Origin: an uncultured Chitinophagales bacterium
GTDB lineage: Bacteria; Bacteroidota; Bacteroidia; Chitinophagales; S012-47
Reading direction: 5' to 3'
Assembly: GCA_964422925.1 (NCBI GenBank)
Contig: CAYRDC010000004.1
Span: 19,838-83,837 of the forward strand
DNA length: 64,000 nucleotides
Shown here: positions 45,779 through 55,024 of the stretch, piece by piece
Numbering within the stretch: the stretch's first letter is position 1
How the letters are laid out: each line of letters starts with the position of its first letter
The notes under the pieces: model-generated
What the model was told of the DNA's origin: nothing
The model's input: the letters and a program-made list of their open reading frames with translations, nothing else
Databases searched by the model: none
Program-made: the position numbers and the translations under genes

Positions 45779-45874
45779 TTACTTATTCTTTTTCTTATGC
45801 CTGTTCTTCCTTAACCGTTTTTTCCGTTTATGGACAGCTATTTTATGTCTTTTTCTTTTTTTACCGCAAGGCAT
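45779..45874 (-). CDS. 31-aa highly basic protein, bS22 / AURKAIP1-COX24-like small ribosomal-type protein
   Basis: It is absent from the ORF track because it is too short. ATG 45874 to TAA 45779 encodes MPCGKKRKRHKIAVHKRKKRLRKNRHKKKNK. It sits 13 nt after the TPR gene stop, on the same strand as rng. Confidence 0.55.
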   Translation of the reverse strand: MPCGKKRKRHKIAVHKRKKRLRKNRHKKKNK

Positions 45875-45887
45875 TTTTTACACTATT

Positions 45888-46652
45888 TTATTTTAACAAT
45901 TGGAGTATTTCGTTTTTTCTGTATCGCACTTTTTCCAGGGTCAAAGCCTGTAAAAGATAATCCGTAGCCCCGGCCGTATCTCCTGTATCCATTAAAGCTT
46001 TCCCCATGCCGGTCATTGCCCGGCTGTTGAGTGAATCCACTTCCAGCACTTTTTGATACCGTTCAATGGCCTTATTATATTGCCCGGACATCAGCGAAAA
46101 ATCGCCCAGTTGCAACAGGGCCTCAATGTTAGTGGGATATTCTTCCACCACTGCCAAAAGTGTCTGAATCCCCTGCATAGCCGGCCCTTTCCCATTTACC
46201 AGGCAGGTAGCGATGCCGGTTTGCGCATCCGGGTTTGCGGGATCCTCCTGCAATACCTTGTCAAAACTCTGGTATGCAATTTCCAGGAAGTAATCAAACA
46301 TATCCTGGTGGGTACCGGTTTTCTCAATGAACGTAAAAGCATTGATACCCAGTTTTCCTGCCCGTAACCAGGCATCCCGGGTTTCCCTTCTTCTGGCTTC
46401 CCGGTAGGCGTAAATTCCAGCAATCAGCGGATTTTGCTGCTCTTCCCAAAATACGGACAACTCGGCCCAGGCTTTTTCATCTTGCTGAAGGAGCCTGTCC
46501 AACCTGGCTGCATCTTCCGGAACCAGTGTATTACGGACTTCTTCCGTGAGCCGTTCTAAAGCTGATCCCCCTCCGGTAGTGGTTGGCAGGGCATTTAACC
46601 CGATAACCAACCCGATTCCCGCAAGGATAACTATCAGCACATGACGCTTCAC
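45888..46652 (-). CDS. Tetratricopeptide repeat protein with N-terminal membrane anchor
   Basis: It has an N-terminal hydrophobic helix and TPR-like pairs (AIERYQKVLEVDSLNSRAMTGMGKAL). It uses a GTG start that overlaps the HU stop by 1 nt. Confidence 0.7.
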   Translation of the reverse strand: MKRHVLIVILAGIGLVIGLNALPTTTGGGSALERLTEEVRNTLVPEDAARLDRLLQQDEKAWAELSVFWEEQQNPLIAGIYAYREARRRETRDAWLRAGKLGINAFTFIEKTGTHQDMFDYFLEIAYQSFDKVLQEDPANPDAQTGIATCLVNGKGPAMQGIQTLLAVVEEYPTNIEALLQLGDFSLMSGQYNKAIERYQKVLEVDSLNSRAMTGMGKALMDTGDTAGATDYLLQALTLEKVRYRKNEILQLLK

Positions 46653-46957
46653 TACTTGCTAAGGGTTGCTTTCAGAACCTTGCTGTTCTTTACGTTGTCT
46701 ACGAAAATCTTAGCAGGCTTAAATGCAGGTATATAATGTTCAGGTATTTCAATTGCCACATTCTTTTTGATGTTGCGACCGATTTTCTTTGCCCGCTTCT
46801 TAATTACAAAACTGCCGAATCCCCTTACATACACATTTTCACCATTTTCAAGGGCTTCTTTTACTTCTTTGAAAAATGCTTCCAGAGTCACTAATACATC
46901 CACTTTGGGAACTCCGGTCTTCTCTGCAATTTCAGCAATTAAGTCTGCTTTTCTCAT
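46652..46957 (-). CDS. HU family DNA-binding protein (second paralogue)
   Basis: MRKADLIAEIAEKTG...VYVRGFGSFVIKKRAKKIGRNIKKNVAIEIPEHYIPAFKPAK. Confidence 0.9.
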   Translation of the reverse strand: MRKADLIAEIAEKTGVPKVDVLVTLEAFFKEVKEALENGENVYVRGFGSFVIKKRAKKIGRNIKKNVAIEIPEHYIPAFKPAKIFVDNVKNSKVLKATLSK

Positions 46958-47195
46958 GAGTTATCGTATTTACGTTATCTGATTAAAAATCAATAATTCT
47001 TTACTCGGTGATTTTCGAGAGCGAGGCAAATTTCAAAATTTATTTTCAAACCTTAAAGCTTTTGAGGCAAAATATCTGTTCTAATCCCTGATTTTTAGCA
47101 GAATAGCCGGAAATCATTGTCTACCGGGTCCGTAAACCGTCTGATTCATCCGGGGAAATCCCATAACTTTATACTTGCCTGAAAGGATAGCACTC

Positions 47196-49064
47196 ATGAA
47201 AAGATGCATTTTCTGGTTTTCCCTGCTGATACTTTCCGGTTTCAATCTGGAAGCCCAGGAATATAAATGGCAGGCGGAACACTTTACCATTCCCCCGGTA
47301 GCCACTGTTCATGCCGGGCAAATCCGCACAGACTGGATGCCCGTTTTGCAAAACCTGGAAATGCCGGCTCCTGGCGGAAAATCCTGGCGGGCCCATCTTA
47401 TTGAACTGAAAAAAGAAAGAGCCAAAAAAAGCGCACCGGAGTGGCAGGAAGGAACCCACCAGCCGGGCGAAGGTGCGCCATTACCGATACTTGGCCTTAA
47501 TTTCAAGGGTAACGGATATAACGGTCATGCCCCAAACGATAATTACTGCGCTATATCCAATGACGGTATCCTGATTTCGGTGATCAACACCACCATCTGG
47601 ATGTATGACACCCGGCAGGATTCCCTGCTCAAAAACGTATCGCTCAATGCCTTTTCAGACACGCTTGGATTAAATGGGGTAAAGTTTGATCCGAAAATTT
47701 TGTACGATCCTGAAGCCGACCGTTTCATCATGATCTTTCTGAACGGTTTCCTGGATTCCACTACGCGGATAATTGTCGGATTCAGCCAGACGGCAGACCC
47801 CACAGGTTTATGGAACCTATACAGCCTCAATGGCAATCCATTGAACAACGGCACCTGGTCTGATTATCCCAGCATTGGAATTTCGGGCACAGACCTGTTT
47901 ATAGGCGTGAATACCTTTACCAACGGCTCGGTGAACAACAGCGGGTTTACCGAATCAGTTTTCTGGCAGATCAGCAAAAGCGATGGCTACCAGGGGCAGG
48001 CGCTTACGGCAGATTACTACCACGGGCTAACCCTGGCCGGAAAACCTTTTTTCAACATCGCTCCGATTAACGGTGGTTCAGGTCCATACGGAGACAGTAT
48101 GATTTTGCTTTCGAACCGGAACCTTGACACCCTGTTCAATGACTCCATTTTTATTTTCCGGGTCACGGGTCCGGCAGGCAATGCAACCCTTGACATTGTT
48201 ACCTGCCATGCGGATGTGCCATACAGCCTGCCTCCACAGGCAAGGCAGCCGAAAGGCAATGAATTTGATACAAACGATTCCAGGATACTGGCCGGGTTTT
48301 ATGAAAACGGAACCGTGCAGTTCACAGCCTGCACTCTGGCGCCCACGACCGGGTATGCCGGTATTTATCACGGACTTATTAAAGATCCCTTCGGGCCGGC
48401 TCCCGGTTGCCGCGCCAATATCCTGGCAGATTCGGCTCTTGATCTGGGTTACCCGAACATAAGCTATTCCGGGAAAGATTCCTTTGACCAAGAATCCATC
48501 ATCAGCTTTAATTTCACCAGCCCTTCTGTTAATCCGGGTTGCGGTGCGGTGTATTTCAGCAATGAGGGAACCTATTCTTCCATTTTGAAAGTTCAGGAAG
48601 GCACTGATTTCGTAGATTTGGTTTCCGGGGCTTATGAACGCTGGGGCGATTACACGGGCAGCCAGCGTAAATACAACGAGCCGGGCGTGGTGTGGATGTG
48701 CGGCTCATACGGCAGGAAAAGGAATCAGTTTCCGCGGCATATCAGCAGCACCTGGATTGCCGAACTCAAAAGCCCCGATTCATTGCACCAACATATTCGG
48801 GTGCCTGAGCCCGGGGTCACGGTTTTTCCGAATCCGTTCCGGGATATGGTGTATTTCAGCTTTTCCCTTCCGGCCGATGCTGTGGTGTCGGCTTCCGTAT
48901 ATGACATACAGGGCAGGCTGGTCAAACGCCTGGTGGAGGATTTTGCCAAAAGCGGTTTGAATACCATTGGTTTCAACACGCAACCCCTGTCCCGGGGCAC
49001 TTACATCCTGGAAGTCAGAAGCGGTGAGTCCGTATTGCTCTCCGAAAAAATCATCAAGCAGTAA
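47196..49064 (+). CDS. Hypothetical secreted protein with T9SS type A sorting domain
   Basis: The ATG at 47196 gives the signal MKRCIFWFSLLILSGFNLEAQ. The C-terminus is VTVFPNPFRDMVYFSF...GTYILEV. The body is unassigned. Confidence 0.65.
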   Translation: MKRCIFWFSLLILSGFNLEAQEYKWQAEHFTIPPVATVHAGQIRTDWMPVLQNLEMPAPGGKSWRAHLIELKKERAKKSAPEWQEGTHQPGEGAPLPILGLNFKGNGYNGHAPNDNYCAISNDGILISVINTTIWMYDTRQDSLLKNVSLNAFSDTLGLNGVKFDPKILYDPEADRFIMIFLNGFLDSTTRIIVGFSQTADPTGLWNLYSLNGNPLNNGTWSDYPSIGISGTDLFIGVNTFTNGSVNNSGFTESVFWQISKSDGYQGQALTADYYHGLTLAGKPFFNIAPINGGSGPYGDSMILLSNRNLDTLFNDSIFIFRVTGPAGNATLDIVTCHADVPYSLPPQARQPKGNEFDTNDSRILAGFYENGTVQFTACTLAPTTGYAGIYHGLIKDPFGPAPGCRANILADSALDLGYPNISYSGKDSFDQESIISFNFTSPSVNPGCGAVYFSNEGTYSSILKVQEGTDFVDLVSGAYERWGDYTGSQRKYNEPGVVWMCGSYGRKRNQFPRHISSTWIAELKSPDSLHQHIRVPEPGVTVFPNPFRDMVYFSFSLPADAVVSASVYDIQGRLVKRLVEDFAKSGLNTIGFNTQPLSRGTYILEVRSGESVLLSEKIIKQ

Positions 49065-49069
49065 GGGAT

Positions 49070-50128
49070 ATGCACAGCGCCACCTGGTTCAGGAAGCAAT
49101 TGATGCAATGGTTCCGGCATGCCCACCGGCCCATGCCGTGGAAAGGGGAAAAGGATCCTTACCGGATCTGGCTGTCCGAAGTCATCCTGCAACAAACACG
49201 GGTTCAGCAGGGATGGGATTATTATGAAAGATTCATCCGAACCTTCCCGACCGTCCTCGCACTGGCGCAATCCACTGAAGAAGAAGTAATTATTCTTTGG
49301 GAGGGCCTGGGATACTATTCCAGGGCGCGTAACCTGCACCGGGCCGCCCGGATCATTATCAATGAATTCAACGGCAAACTACCGGATGATTATAACCTTT
49401 TAAAAACGCTGCCCGGTATCGGGCCTTACACTGCGGCCGCGATCGCCTCTTTCGCGTTTAGCCAACCTGTTCCGGTAATTGACGGGAATGTGGTGCGCAT
49501 TTTGTCCCGGTATTTCGGCATTGAAAAACCATTCGGTTCTGCCAACGAGCGGAAAACTTACCAGAGCCATGCGGAAGCTGTCTTGGACCCGAGGCAGCCC
49601 GGTACTTTCAATCAGGCGATTATGGATTTCGGGGCATTGGTTTGCATACCTGCCGGCCCGCGCTGCGCGCACTGCCCGGTTCATGCCCGGTGTTTTGCCT
49701 TTGCCAATAACCTGGCAGACCGGTTGCCTCCCCGGCCGGCCAGAAAACCCAGGAAATCCCGGTATTTCCATTACGTGGTAATGCTCCGGAACGGCTACAC
49801 TTACATCCGCAAACGTACGGGGAACGACATCTGGAAACACCTTTGGGAATTCCCGCTTATTGAAACGGATCGGCTCCTGGATGATGAAGCGCTAAAGCGG
49901 GATGCGCGCATCCGGGAATGGCTGAACGACAACGCCCATTGGGAAGAAATATACGGCCCGTACCGGCAGGTATTAACACACCAGAAAATTACCGCTACCT
50001 TTGCCGTAGCGCGGGTTACCAGCGCCCCGGGAGGAGACCTGGTGGCTGTCAAAACGGACCGCTTGCATGAATTTGCATTTCCCAAAACCATTCATGCATT
50101 TTTATCCGGCAAAGTGTTACATTTATAG
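49070..50128 (+). CDS. mutY: A/G-specific adenine DNA glycosylase
   Basis: HhH LPGIGPYTAAAI, the 4Fe-4S cluster CIPAGPRCAHCPVHARC, and a NUDIX-like C-terminal domain. Confidence 0.9.
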   Translation: MHSATWFRKQLMQWFRHAHRPMPWKGEKDPYRIWLSEVILQQTRVQQGWDYYERFIRTFPTVLALAQSTEEEVIILWEGLGYYSRARNLHRAARIIINEFNGKLPDDYNLLKTLPGIGPYTAAAIASFAFSQPVPVIDGNVVRILSRYFGIEKPFGSANERKTYQSHAEAVLDPRQPGTFNQAIMDFGALVCIPAGPRCAHCPVHARCFAFANNLADRLPPRPARKPRKSRYFHYVVMLRNGYTYIRKRTGNDIWKHLWEFPLIETDRLLDDEALKRDARIREWLNDNAHWEEIYGPYRQVLTHQKITATFAVARVTSAPGGDLVAVKTDRLHEFAFPKTIHAFLSGKVLHL

Positions 50129-50157
50129 TTATGTTTTGTAATCAAACCAATTGAACA

Positions 50158-50574
50158 ATGGTCAACAAAGTTATTCTCATCGGACGCCTGGGCAAGGACC
50201 CGGATGTAAGGCACCTGGAAGGTGGGTCAACGGTTGCCAATTTCACCCTGGCCACCTCTGAAACTTACAAAGACAAAGCAGGCAACCGCCAGGAACTCAC
50301 CGAATGGCATAACATCGTGGTATGGCGCAGGCAGGCTGAAATTGCCGAACAGTACCTGCATAAAGGCAGCCTGATTTACCTGGAAGGAAGGTTAAGGACC
50401 CGCTCATGGGAGGATAAGGATGGCAACAAACGGTACACCACCGAAGTAGAGGCACAAACCTTTAAAATGCTGGACCGGAAAAGCGATCAGGAACCAGCCA
50501 GTGCGCCACCACCTCCTGAACCCGAAAGAAAGGATGTGATTGAAGAAAACCCGGATGATGACCTTCCGTTTTAA
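50158..50574 (+). CDS. ssb: Single-stranded DNA-binding protein
   Basis: OB-fold N-terminus [18 protein letters not shown]...TEWHNIVVW and an acidic tail DDDLPF. Confidence 0.95.
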   Translation: MVNKVILIGRLGKDPDVRHLEGGSTVANFTLATSETYKDKAGNRQELTEWHNIVVWRRQAEIAEQYLHKGSLIYLEGRLRTRSWEDKDGNKRYTTEVEAQTFKMLDRKSDQEPASAPPPPEPERKDVIEENPDDDLPF

Positions 50575-50604
50575 TCCGGATTTGCTAACTAATCAGCATA
50601 TACT

Positions 50605-51957
50605 TTGGAAACAATCCCCGGGGAGTCGGTTGTAATTATTCATTCAATTTCCAATTGGATCCCAGCCGGGATACAGCCTGTCAACTGGGAAACGGCCATT
50701 GCCCTGGGGGTTGTATTGATTTTGCTGCTGATCTCCGCCCTTATCAGCGGTTCGGAAGTGGCTTTCTTTTCGCTGGGGCCTTCAGTTTACAAAGAGCTCC
50801 GGCAAAGAAAGACCCGGAAGAGCAAACTGATCCTGAAACTGCTGGAGAAACCCAGGTACCTGCTGGCCACTATTTTAATTACCAACAACCTGGTAAATAT
50901 CGGTATCATCATTCTCAGCTATTTCATCATACGGCAGGTATTTACGTTTGAATCCACCCTGGCTGCTTTCCTGATTAATGTGGTTTTGGTAACGCTGTTG
51001 CTGGTCTTGTTTGGAGAAGTAATGCCAAAGGTATATGCCAACGTGCACAACCTCACTTTTGCCAGCCGCATGGCACGGCCTCTTTATATCCTGCGCCAGC
51101 TTTTTAAACCGCTCAGTTATTTGCTGGTTCATTCAACTGCCCTGGTTGACCGCAGAATTGTCCGGCACCATCCCGAACAGGCTACCCGCGATGAAATAGA
51201 CCAGGCCATTGACATTGCTGCCGGGAAATCAGCTACAGAGGAAGAACTCTCCATGCTGAAAGGAATTGTTCAATTTGGGAACATTACGGTAAGGCAGATC
51301 ATGCGCTCGAGGGTGGACACCGTGGCCATTGACTTAAACAGCAATTACGAGGAGGTGTATCGCATTGTCAATGAATCGGGTTTTTCACGGTTTCCGGTTT
51401 ACAGGGATGACCTGGACCACGTGGAAGGTTTTCTGTACGCCAAAGACATGCTGCCTTACCTGGATGAAGGGAAAGACTTTGCCTGGCAACAACTGATCCG
51501 CCCGCCCATTTTTGTGCCTGAAAACAAAAAAATCGATGACCTGCTCTTTGAGTTCCAACAAAAAAAGATTCACCTGGCCGTGGTAGTGGACGAATATGGC
51601 GGCACTTCCGGTATTGTTTCCCTGGAAGACATACTGGAAGAGATTTTCGGGGAGATCAAGGACGAATTTGATTACCAGACTGAAATTGAATACGAGCAGC
51701 TCGATGAAAACACCTATGTGTTTGAAGGGAAGACCCTGATCAATGACGTTTGCAAGGTACTGGACCTGCCAGGTGACTATTTTGACGAAGTCCGGGGCGA
51801 ATCGGATTCTGTGGCAGGCCTTGTGCTGGAGATTAACGGAAAATTTCCCGCTCCCGGGGAGGCCGTTGTATACAAAAACTTCCGTTTTTCTGTTGTATCG
51901 GCTACCAAAAGGCGAATTAAAAAAATTAAGCTCACGATTTTGCATGATAACCTCTAA
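50605..51957 (+). CDS. gldE: Gliding motility-associated protein GldE (CNNM/DUF21 + CBS pair + CorC_HlyC)
   Basis: Four N-terminal TM helices, CBS-pair region and a C-terminal transporter-associated domain. The position ssb-gldE-gldD matches Flavobacterium synteny. The start is a TTG as tracked and is uncertain. Confidence 0.8.
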   Translation: METIPGESVVIIHSISNWIPAGIQPVNWETAIALGVVLILLLISALISGSEVAFFSLGPSVYKELRQRKTRKSKLILKLLEKPRYLLATILITNNLVNIGIIILSYFIIRQVFTFESTLAAFLINVVLVTLLLVLFGEVMPKVYANVHNLTFASRMARPLYILRQLFKPLSYLLVHSTALVDRRIVRHHPEQATRDEIDQAIDIAAGKSATEEELSMLKGIVQFGNITVRQIMRSRVDTVAIDLNSNYEEVYRIVNESGFSRFPVYRDDLDHVEGFLYAKDMLPYLDEGKDFAWQQLIRPPIFVPENKKIDDLLFEFQQKKIHLAVVVDEYGGTSGIVSLEDILEEIFGEIKDEFDYQTEIEYEQLDENTYVFEGKTLINDVCKVLDLPGDYFDEVRGESDSVAGLVLEINGKFPAPGEAVVYKNFRFSVVSATKRRIKKIKLTILHDNL

Positions 51958-52546
51958 ACTCAAAATCAGCCTCCTTTTCCTGATTGCTTATTTATGGCTG
52001 GGCTGCAACCCGAACTACACGCCCCGGCCGAAGGACTATCCCTACATCGACCTGCCGGAAAAAATTTACCGGGAATACAACTCGGAAGAGTGCCCTTTTA
52101 CTTTTGAATATCCCGTCTATGCTGAAGTGGTAAAAGACAGTTTTTTCTTTAACGAACCGATAAAAGACCCCTGCTGGCTCAATATCCGCTTTCCGGGGCT
52201 CAATGCCACGATTTATATCAGCTATAAACCCATTGGAGAAGAATACTCGTTGCAAAAACTGGCCGATGATGCCTACCGGCTTACTTTTAAACATGCCGAA
52301 AGAGCCGATTATATCGAACCCGAAACCCTGGAAACGCCCAACGGAGTGTATGGCCTGATGTACTTTGTAGGCGGTAATGCTGCTTCATCCACCCAGTTTT
52401 TCCTGACCGATACTGTTTCTCATTTTCTTCGTGGAGCACTTTACTTTGGGAATGAACCCAATGTCGATTCCCTGGCCCCTGCCATTAAATTTGTCAACGA
52501 AGACATCATGCATCTGATCGAAACGCTGCGATGGAAAAATTCCTGA
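51944..52546 (+). CDS. gldD: Gliding motility lipoprotein GldD
   Basis: The ATG at 51944 gives MITSKLKISLLFLIAYLWLGC (lipobox). PRPKDYPYIDLPEKIY...CPFTFEYPVYA matches the GldD N-terminal pattern. It overlaps gldE by 14 nt. Confidence 0.65.
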   Translation: MITSKLKISLLFLIAYLWLGCNPNYTPRPKDYPYIDLPEKIYREYNSEECPFTFEYPVYAEVVKDSFFFNEPIKDPCWLNIRFPGLNATIYISYKPIGEEYSLQKLADDAYRLTFKHAERADYIEPETLETPNGVYGLMYFVGGNAASSTQFFLTDTVSHFLRGALYFGNEPNVDSLAPAIKFVNEDIMHLIETLRWKNS

Positions 52547-52594
52547 ACTCCAAACAGGGACATTTCCTAAATTCATCAATGCAAATCCACAGGT

Positions 52595-54706
52595 GTGCCG
52601 GAAAAAAATCTACTTGATACAGCCATAGAATATCTGAAAGGGGTGGGCCCGGCCCGGGCGGAAATCCTGAAAAAAGAAGCTGGCATTTTCACTTTTCAGG
52701 ACCTTTTGTATTATTTCCCCTTTCGCTATGTGGACCGTTCAAAAATCCACACCATTGCATCCATCCGCTCTGACCTGGCTTATGTGCAGGTAAAAGGCAC
52801 ACTGGTTCGATGGGAAGAACTTGGTGAAGGCCGCAAAAAACGGCTGGCAGCCTACATCGCAGACGATACCGGAACCCTGGAACTGGTTTGGTTCAAGGGA
52901 ATCCGGTGGATCAAAACATCGCTGGAAACCGGCACGGAATACCTGGTGTTCGGAAGGCCGCAGGTATTCAAAGGCAGGGTAAACATTCCCCACCCGGAGA
53001 TGGAAAAAACCGCTGCCATTGCCGGCCAGCCTAGGGGCAAATTCGAAGCCGTTTACCCGAGCACTGAAAAGCTCAAGGCTCGGGGCCTGAACAGCAAGGG
53101 TTTCCTGAAGCTGGTCCGGAACCTGTTTGACAAGTTATCCCCGGAGAATCTGCCGGAAAATATTCCCGGCAATATCCTCACCCGGTATAAACTGGCCGGC
53201 AGGTTCGAAGCCCTGAAGAACATTCATCTTCCGGAAAACGAACCGGCCCTCAAGGAAGCCAGAAGGCGCCTGAAGTTTGAAGAGCTTTTCATTCTCCAGG
53301 TAAAAATCCTGGGTGCCAAATGGGAAAGAACCAAACTGGTCCGCGGGCTGCCCATGCCCAATGTGCAGGGAGTGTTTCTGAGGTTTTACCAGGAACATCT
53401 TCCCTTTCAGCTGACCAATGCCCAGAAAAGGGTGCTTAAGGAAATCAGGAGGGATTTGCTGTCGGGCAGGCAGATGAACCGGCTGCTCCAGGGAGACGTG
53501 GGCAGCGGGAAAACCATAGTGGCGCTGATGACCATGCTCATGGCCTGCGACAATGGTTTCCAGGCCGTGTTAATGGCCCCCACCGAGATCCTGGCACAGC
53601 AGCATTTCAGCAGTATTTCCAGGCTGCTGGAACCCCTCCATATCCCCGTAGCTCTGCTTACCGGCAGTGTCAAAGGGGTACAAAGAAGGAAAATACTGGA
53701 GGGCCTCAAGGACGGCCGGATCAGCATTTTGATCGGCACCCACGCACTCATCGAGGAGCAAGTTGACCTCAAAAATCCCGGGCTGGTGATCATCGATGAA
53801 CAGCATCGTTTCGGGGTAGCGCAGCGGGCACGGTTAGCCGCCAAATCATCGAGCCCCCCGCACATCCTCGTGATGACCGCCACGCCCATACCCCGCACCC
53901 TGGCCATGACCGTTTATGGCGACCTGGACGTTTCAGTGATTGATGAGATGCCTCCCGGCCGGAAACCAGTTACTACCGTACACCGCACGGAAAGGCAAAG
54001 GCCGCGGGTGTATTCATTCATTCGTAAAGAAATTGAAAAAGGGCACCAGGTCTACATCGTTTACCCGCTGATCAGCGAATCAGCCAAACTGGAATACAAA
54101 GCCCTGATGGAGGGATACGAAACCGTGGCCGGGTTTTTCCCGCCCAACCAATACCGCTTGGGGGTGTTGCACGGCCAAATGAAACCCCGGGACAAGGAAA
54201 TGGAGATGCAGCGATTCACGGAGGGCAAAACCCAGATTCTTATTTCCACCACGGTCATTGAAGTGGGCGTGGATGTACCCAATGCCACGGTAATGCTTAT
54301 CGAGAGCGCTGAACGTTTCGGCTTGTCACAATTGCATCAGCTGCGGGGGCGCATAGGCCGCGGAGCAAGCCAATCCTTGTGCATTTTGCTTACCCCGGAA
54401 AAAATCTCACACGAAGCCCGCAGGCGTATGCAGGTAATGGCCGGCACAAGTGACGGGTTTAAAATCGCTGAAGTGGATTTGGAGCTTCGGGGACCGGGTG
54501 AAATTGAAGGCACCCTCCAAAGCGGCCACCTGCGTTTTGCCATCGCAGACCTGAAAACCGACCATAATATCCTGGTAGCCGCCCGTGATGCGGCCAAGGA
54601 ACTCATCAAAAACGATCCGGAATTGCTCCGCTTGGAGCACAAGGGATTGAAAAAATTTCTGGAAACCAAATACAGGGGGAAAACAGCCTGGGGCCGCGTG
54701 GCCTGA
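52595..54706 (+). CDS. recG: ATP-dependent DNA helicase RecG
   Basis: Wedge domain, Walker A GDVGSGKT, DEQH box and QLRGRIGRG motif VI. It uses a GTG start. Confidence 0.95.
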   Translation: MPEKNLLDTAIEYLKGVGPARAEILKKEAGIFTFQDLLYYFPFRYVDRSKIHTIASIRSDLAYVQVKGTLVRWEELGEGRKKRLAAYIADDTGTLELVWFKGIRWIKTSLETGTEYLVFGRPQVFKGRVNIPHPEMEKTAAIAGQPRGKFEAVYPSTEKLKARGLNSKGFLKLVRNLFDKLSPENLPENIPGNILTRYKLAGRFEALKNIHLPENEPALKEARRRLKFEELFILQVKILGAKWERTKLVRGLPMPNVQGVFLRFYQEHLPFQLTNAQKRVLKEIRRDLLSGRQMNRLLQGDVGSGKTIVALMTMLMACDNGFQAVLMAPTEILAQQHFSSISRLLEPLHIPVALLTGSVKGVQRRKILEGLKDGRISILIGTHALIEEQVDLKNPGLVIIDEQHRFGVAQRARLAAKSSSPPHILVMTATPIPRTLAMTVYGDLDVSVIDEMPPGRKPVTTVHRTERQRPRVYSFIRKEIEKGHQVYIVYPLISESAKLEYKALMEGYETVAGFFPPNQYRLGVLHGQMKPRDKEMEMQRFTEGKTQILISTTVIEVGVDVPNATVMLIESAERFGLSQLHQLRGRIGRGASQSLCILLTPEKISHEARRRMQVMAGTSDGFKIAEVDLELRGPGEIEGTLQSGHLRFAIADLKTDHNILVAARDAAKELIKNDPELLRLEHKGLKKFLETKYRGKTAWGRVA

Positions 54707-54892
54707 TCATCGCATCATTTTTTTTGGAAACAAATCCTGGTTCGACCTCCTGTGGCTACGCTTGAATTTATATTGCCCTGTTTTCTTATTGTATGTGGCC
54801 GGACAACCGGATTTCCGGTTGCAGGACGTGGGCACACTTACAAGGAATACTGCCACGGTAAGCATTGTCAGATAGGTTAGAATCCTTTTCAT
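54707..54892 (-). CDS. Small lipoprotein with basic tail (hypothetical)
   Basis: 61 aa. MKRILTYLTMLTVAVFLVSVPTSC is followed by NRKSGCPATYNKKTGQYKFKRSHRRSNQ. It has its own -7 box upstream. Confidence 0.45.
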   Translation of the reverse strand: MKRILTYLTMLTVAVFLVSVPTSCNRKSGCPATYNKKTGQYKFKRSHRRSNQDLFPKKMMR

Positions 54893-54937
54893 ACAAACGC
54901 TTTAACGGATTTCCGGGATACATGTTTTTGGAAGGTT

Positions 54938-54945
54938 CAAATATA
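54938..54945 (-). promoter_or_regulatory. Candidate -7 promoter box for the small lipoprotein gene
   Basis: The minus strand reads tatatttg, 46 nt upstream of the ATG at 54892. Confidence 0.35.
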
Positions 54946-54950
54946 AGGAA

Positions 54951-54976
54951 AGCCCGCGCCAAACCGGGCGCGGGCT
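54951..54976 (-). terminator. GC-rich terminator hairpin downstream of the vWA gene
   Basis: A 10-bp stem pairs agcccgcgcc (54951-54960) with ggcgcgggct (54967-54976) around a 6-nt loop. On the minus strand a T-rich run (ttccttatattt) follows. Confidence 0.55.
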
Positions 54977-55024
54977 CACACCATGAAAACCAACCGTCAA
55001 TCAAAACTCATCAAATAGTCCCCG

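Noticed and set aside
51743-51943. A 67-codon upstream extension of the gldD ORF.
   Set aside because: It lies entirely inside gldE in another frame. The ATG at 51944 yields a proper lipoprotein signal.
54730-54752. A GGTTCGA-containing stretch resembling a tRNA T-arm just after recG.
   Set aside because: No complementary T-stem, acceptor stem or anticodon arm can be drawn. The stretch lies inside the small lipoprotein ORF.
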